NCBI GenBank assembly: GCA_027031495.1
Contig: JALVQA010000006.1
Location: 16,952 to 80,951, forward strand
DNA from: Candidatus Moraniibacteriota bacterium
GTDB taxonomy: Bacteria > Patescibacteriota > Minisyncoccia > Moranbacterales > GCA-2747515
Length of the DNA: 64,000 nucleotides
Reading direction: 5' to 3'
Shown here: positions 61,705 through 64,000 of the stretch, one piece after another
How positions within the stretch are numbered: the stretch's first letter is position 1
How the letters are laid out: every line of letters starts with the position of its first letter
Notes under the pieces: generated by a model
The model's input: the letters and a program-made list of their open reading frames with translations, nothing else
Told to the model about the DNA's origin: nothing
The model's database searches: none
Made by a program: the position numbers and the translations under genes

Positions 61705-61794
61705 ATGAAACAAACGACACATACAATGTATATTGTGGTTATGTGGGTGATGCTCCTTAGTGGGCATGGCCGGTTTGTTTCACATTCTGTGTAG
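61705..61794 (+). CDS. Putative leaderless leader peptide (29 aa, MKQTTHTMYIVVMWVMLLSGHGRFVSHSV)
   Basis: ATG at predicted +1; ORF covers 5' strand of an antiterminator-like helix. Confidence 0.4.
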   Translation: MKQTTHTMYIVVMWVMLLSGHGRFVSHSV

Positions 61795-61851
61795 AGAGAA
61801 GAAATCTGCACAAAATGAGAAGTGATAATCGGCCAAAGCGCCGATTTTTTT
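61768..61851 (+). promoter_or_regulatory. Putative attenuator (alternative antiterminator/terminator)
   Basis: GGCCGGTT (61768-75) can pair with AATCGGCC (61827-34), which otherwise forms AATCGGC-caaagc-GCCGATT-TTTTT. Confidence 0.5.
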
Positions 61852-61876
61852 GTTGTTTAAAAAAGAGGAGGCATTT

Positions 61877-63001
61877 ATGTCTTTTGTTGAAAAGTTTATT
61901 TTTGCCGAAAGTGGTCGCGACGGGGACGTTGTTGAATCAATGTTCACACGCAAGATACCACTTTATGTGCGTCCGATGCTCGTAAGACAAATGCTTAATG
62001 CTGTTCATCAGTGGCAACGATACACGCCCTTGGAGAATAAAACATGGATTGCCAGAGAGCATAATGTGCCATCACTTCTTGTGCGTGTGGATTGTACAAT
62101 AAAGAATCCCATATTGCGCAGTTGTGGCAATGGCGTGATGGTTGATGGTGGTGATGTTTTTATTTACGAAGTTGACGATGCGCCGGCCGGTCAGAAGTTG
62201 ACAATGGTTGTTAATGACCAATTCAGCGAGTTACTTGATTTAATTCAGCAACACTGGCCACCAATGCGTGCGTTTGTATCGGAACGGCGATTTTCCGATA
62301 TTACGCAGTGGCTTGATCCTTATGATGAGAGCTGGGACGGTGTCATTTGGCCATCTATGCGACCGCAAGAAGCGGATAAATATCCGCACATTGTACACAT
62401 GGCGGCACATCCGGTGGTACAAGAGGGGAACAAGAGCTGGATGGTCAAAACCGGTCTTGCATATCGTGTGCACAATTCCCAGAAGCTCCGTGAAGTGCTC
62501 GATGGTCCTTTAGCGTCATCAAGTGTGGTTGTCAAGCCACTAAAGGGTACGCGTTCGTACAAGATCTACCCCTTGTGGAGAAGAGAGATCAGTGGTAGGC
62601 GGCCGAGTGATACAATTATTGATGTGGAAAAATTATACACCGCCGTAGATAATTGCTATGGCGATGAATGGATTGTGCAACAACTTGTTCCGCCTATTGT
62701 ACTGCCGGAGAGCGTTGCTGATAGACTTGATGGTAGGTACAGAAAGTACTGGTATACTCTCCGTATGTATTATGGCTATAATACAATACATGGGGATTAT
62801 ATTCCGTTAGGCGGTGTGTGTAACGGCACAGATTGGCGCCGGCGTGTAATTTCGCACGGTACATCCAGTGCGCTTTTTCTGCCGGCAAAATTGGACAATC
62901 GCCTATACTCGTCAGCGCGTTTTTCTCTGCGGCAATTGTTAAAGAGACATGCCGCACGTATGGAAGAGAAACAAGGGCACAAGGCTCGTTGTACCTCTTA
63001 A
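61877..63001 (+). CDS. Divergent circularly-permuted ATP-grasp / GSP-synthase-like protein
   Basis: GAGGAGG SD; motif order VRVD..IYEVDD..GNK..VVKPLKG..WIVQQ..TLRMY. Confidence 0.5.
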   Translation: MSFVEKFIFAESGRDGDVVESMFTRKIPLYVRPMLVRQMLNAVHQWQRYTPLENKTWIAREHNVPSLLVRVDCTIKNPILRSCGNGVMVDGGDVFIYEVDDAPAGQKLTMVVNDQFSELLDLIQQHWPPMRAFVSERRFSDITQWLDPYDESWDGVIWPSMRPQEADKYPHIVHMAAHPVVQEGNKSWMVKTGLAYRVHNSQKLREVLDGPLASSSVVVKPLKGTRSYKIYPLWRREISGRRPSDTIIDVEKLYTAVDNCYGDEWIVQQLVPPIVLPESVADRLDGRYRKYWYTLRMYYGYNTIHGDYIPLGGVCNGTDWRRRVISHGTSSALFLPAKLDNRLYSSARFSLRQLLKRHAARMEEKQGHKARCTS

Positions 63002-63023
63002 ACTCTTTCTGTGGAATATTCTT

Positions 63024-63058
63024 GAGTCACTGCGTGAAAGCGTCGTGGCTCTTTTTTT
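63024..63058 (+). terminator. Intrinsic terminator
   Basis: GAGTCAC...GTGGCTC-TTTTTTT. Confidence 0.65.
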
Positions 63059-63147
63059 ATTATTTTGCTATCTGTAGATACACATTTTCTCTGCAAATTG
63101 CTTTCAGTGGTGTTTTTTGGTATTGTGAATGGAGAGTAACGAATGTA

Positions 63148-63927
63148 ATGGGTATGTCTATGCATAAGAGGGGGATTATCTTTCATGTGCCGATAGCGTT
63201 GTATGCCATTGTGTATGCGGTTGGTTTGCAGGTACTTGCGCGTTACAGTGCTGAGAGTCTTGTTGTGTTGGCATCTGGTGTTGCTGCGTTTGCAGTGATT
63301 TCTGCCGTTGTTGGGCGCATTATCGCACGACACTTCTTTTTTGCGATTGTGCCGGTTATTTTATCTGTGGCCTCACTTACACTTTTATTTTTTATTGACA
63401 GTCGTTCACAGCAGATTATTGTAAGTGGCATTGTCGGTATTCTTGTCTACGGTGTGACGCTTGGTTCATATAGATTAAGTCGCTATCCGCGCGATGCAGT
63501 CGCGCGTGGTATGGTTGTTGCCGGCGCAACAACGGCGATCTTCTTTTCCTATGCGGCAATTTTTGCCATTTATTTGAACTTTATCGTACCGCTGTGGTTT
63601 GTTGGTTTTAGCATATTTATTTTGACGACGGTCATCTCGTGGCAATATTTTGTCATGATTGCACACGGGCGTTTTGTGCAAACGATTATTTATAGCTGCG
63701 CATTGGGTGTTGTCCTCTCAGAGGTTGCTGTAAGCGCTATTATGTGGCCTTTTGGCTATCTTACAACAAGTGTTGTTCTCCTTATGATATACTATATACT
63801 GTGGGACCTGGGGCAGAGTTTTTTTCTTGAGCGTCTCTCAAAAACGCGTCTTAGCGTGAATGTTATATTTTTTCTTGCTATGGCGGCTCTTGTTTTGTCC
63901 AGTGCACAGTGGCTGCCGGTTGTTTAG
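63148..63927 (+). CDS. CPR conserved polytopic membrane protein
   Basis: About 8 TM segments, SE..WPFGYLT; start 63148-63160 rather than 62833. Confidence 0.7.
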   Translation: MGMSMHKRGIIFHVPIALYAIVYAVGLQVLARYSAESLVVLASGVAAFAVISAVVGRIIARHFFFAIVPVILSVASLTLLFFIDSRSQQIIVSGIVGILVYGVTLGSYRLSRYPRDAVARGMVVAGATTAIFFSYAAIFAIYLNFIVPLWFVGFSIFILTTVISWQYFVMIAHGRFVQTIIYSCALGVVLSEVAVSAIMWPFGYLTTSVVLLMIYYILWDLGQSFFLERLSKTRLSVNVIFFLAMAALVLSSAQWLPVV

Positions 63928-63951
63928 TTTTTTATTCAAGGAGCAAATCTT

Positions 63952-64000
63952 ATGAAAACCTTTATAAGAAGGGTGATAGCAATTAGTGGCATGTTTTTTC
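63952..64000 (+). CDS. Start of exported/membrane protein (truncated by window edge)
   Basis: AAGGAG then ATG; MKTFIRRVIAISGMFF signal-like start. Confidence 0.5.
   Translation, partial: MKTFIRRVIAISGMFF

Noticed and set aside
61195-61767. 190-aa minus-strand ORF
   Set aside because: No recognisable motifs; runs antisense across well-supported plus-strand promoters, an SD-led ORF and terminators
62833-63147. Long N-terminal extension of the last membrane protein
   Set aside because: Overlaps the upstream CDS and crosses its terminator; real start is probably 63148-63160

Overview
Chromosomal segment of a Patescibacteria/CPR bacterium, most likely Parcubacteria (Moranbacteria-like). This is inferred from gene content, genetic code 11, rarity of Shine-Dalgarno motifs and typical CPR hypothetical families. 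The first ~25 kb is a cell-surface glycan locus: MurJ, three GT-C-type membrane proteins, four GT4s, two GT2s, a Wzx flippase, an NDP-sugar dehydrogenase, a WaaL/Wzy-like protein and an LCP protein. Inside it, a tightly packed GT4 - divergent RtcB - TMK-like kinase - flippase - MFS operon is the strongest candidate for an undescribed system. The rest is mostly housekeeping: ctpA, groES, fmt, def, priA, alaS, lysS, rmlA, galU, ligA, gatCA, lepA, ftsB-like, surA/prsA-like and CIRCE-clpB. Accessory modules include a coupled tandem-rhodanese + PEP-utilizer (dikinase-like) pair, a VirD4-like ATPase pair, and a divergent ATP-grasp-like gene behind a probable leaderless-peptide attenuator. Several small ORFs were missed by the ORF track. 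No rRNA, tRNA, CRISPR array, transposase or integrase was seen. All family calls come from motif recognition by eye; no database searches were run.
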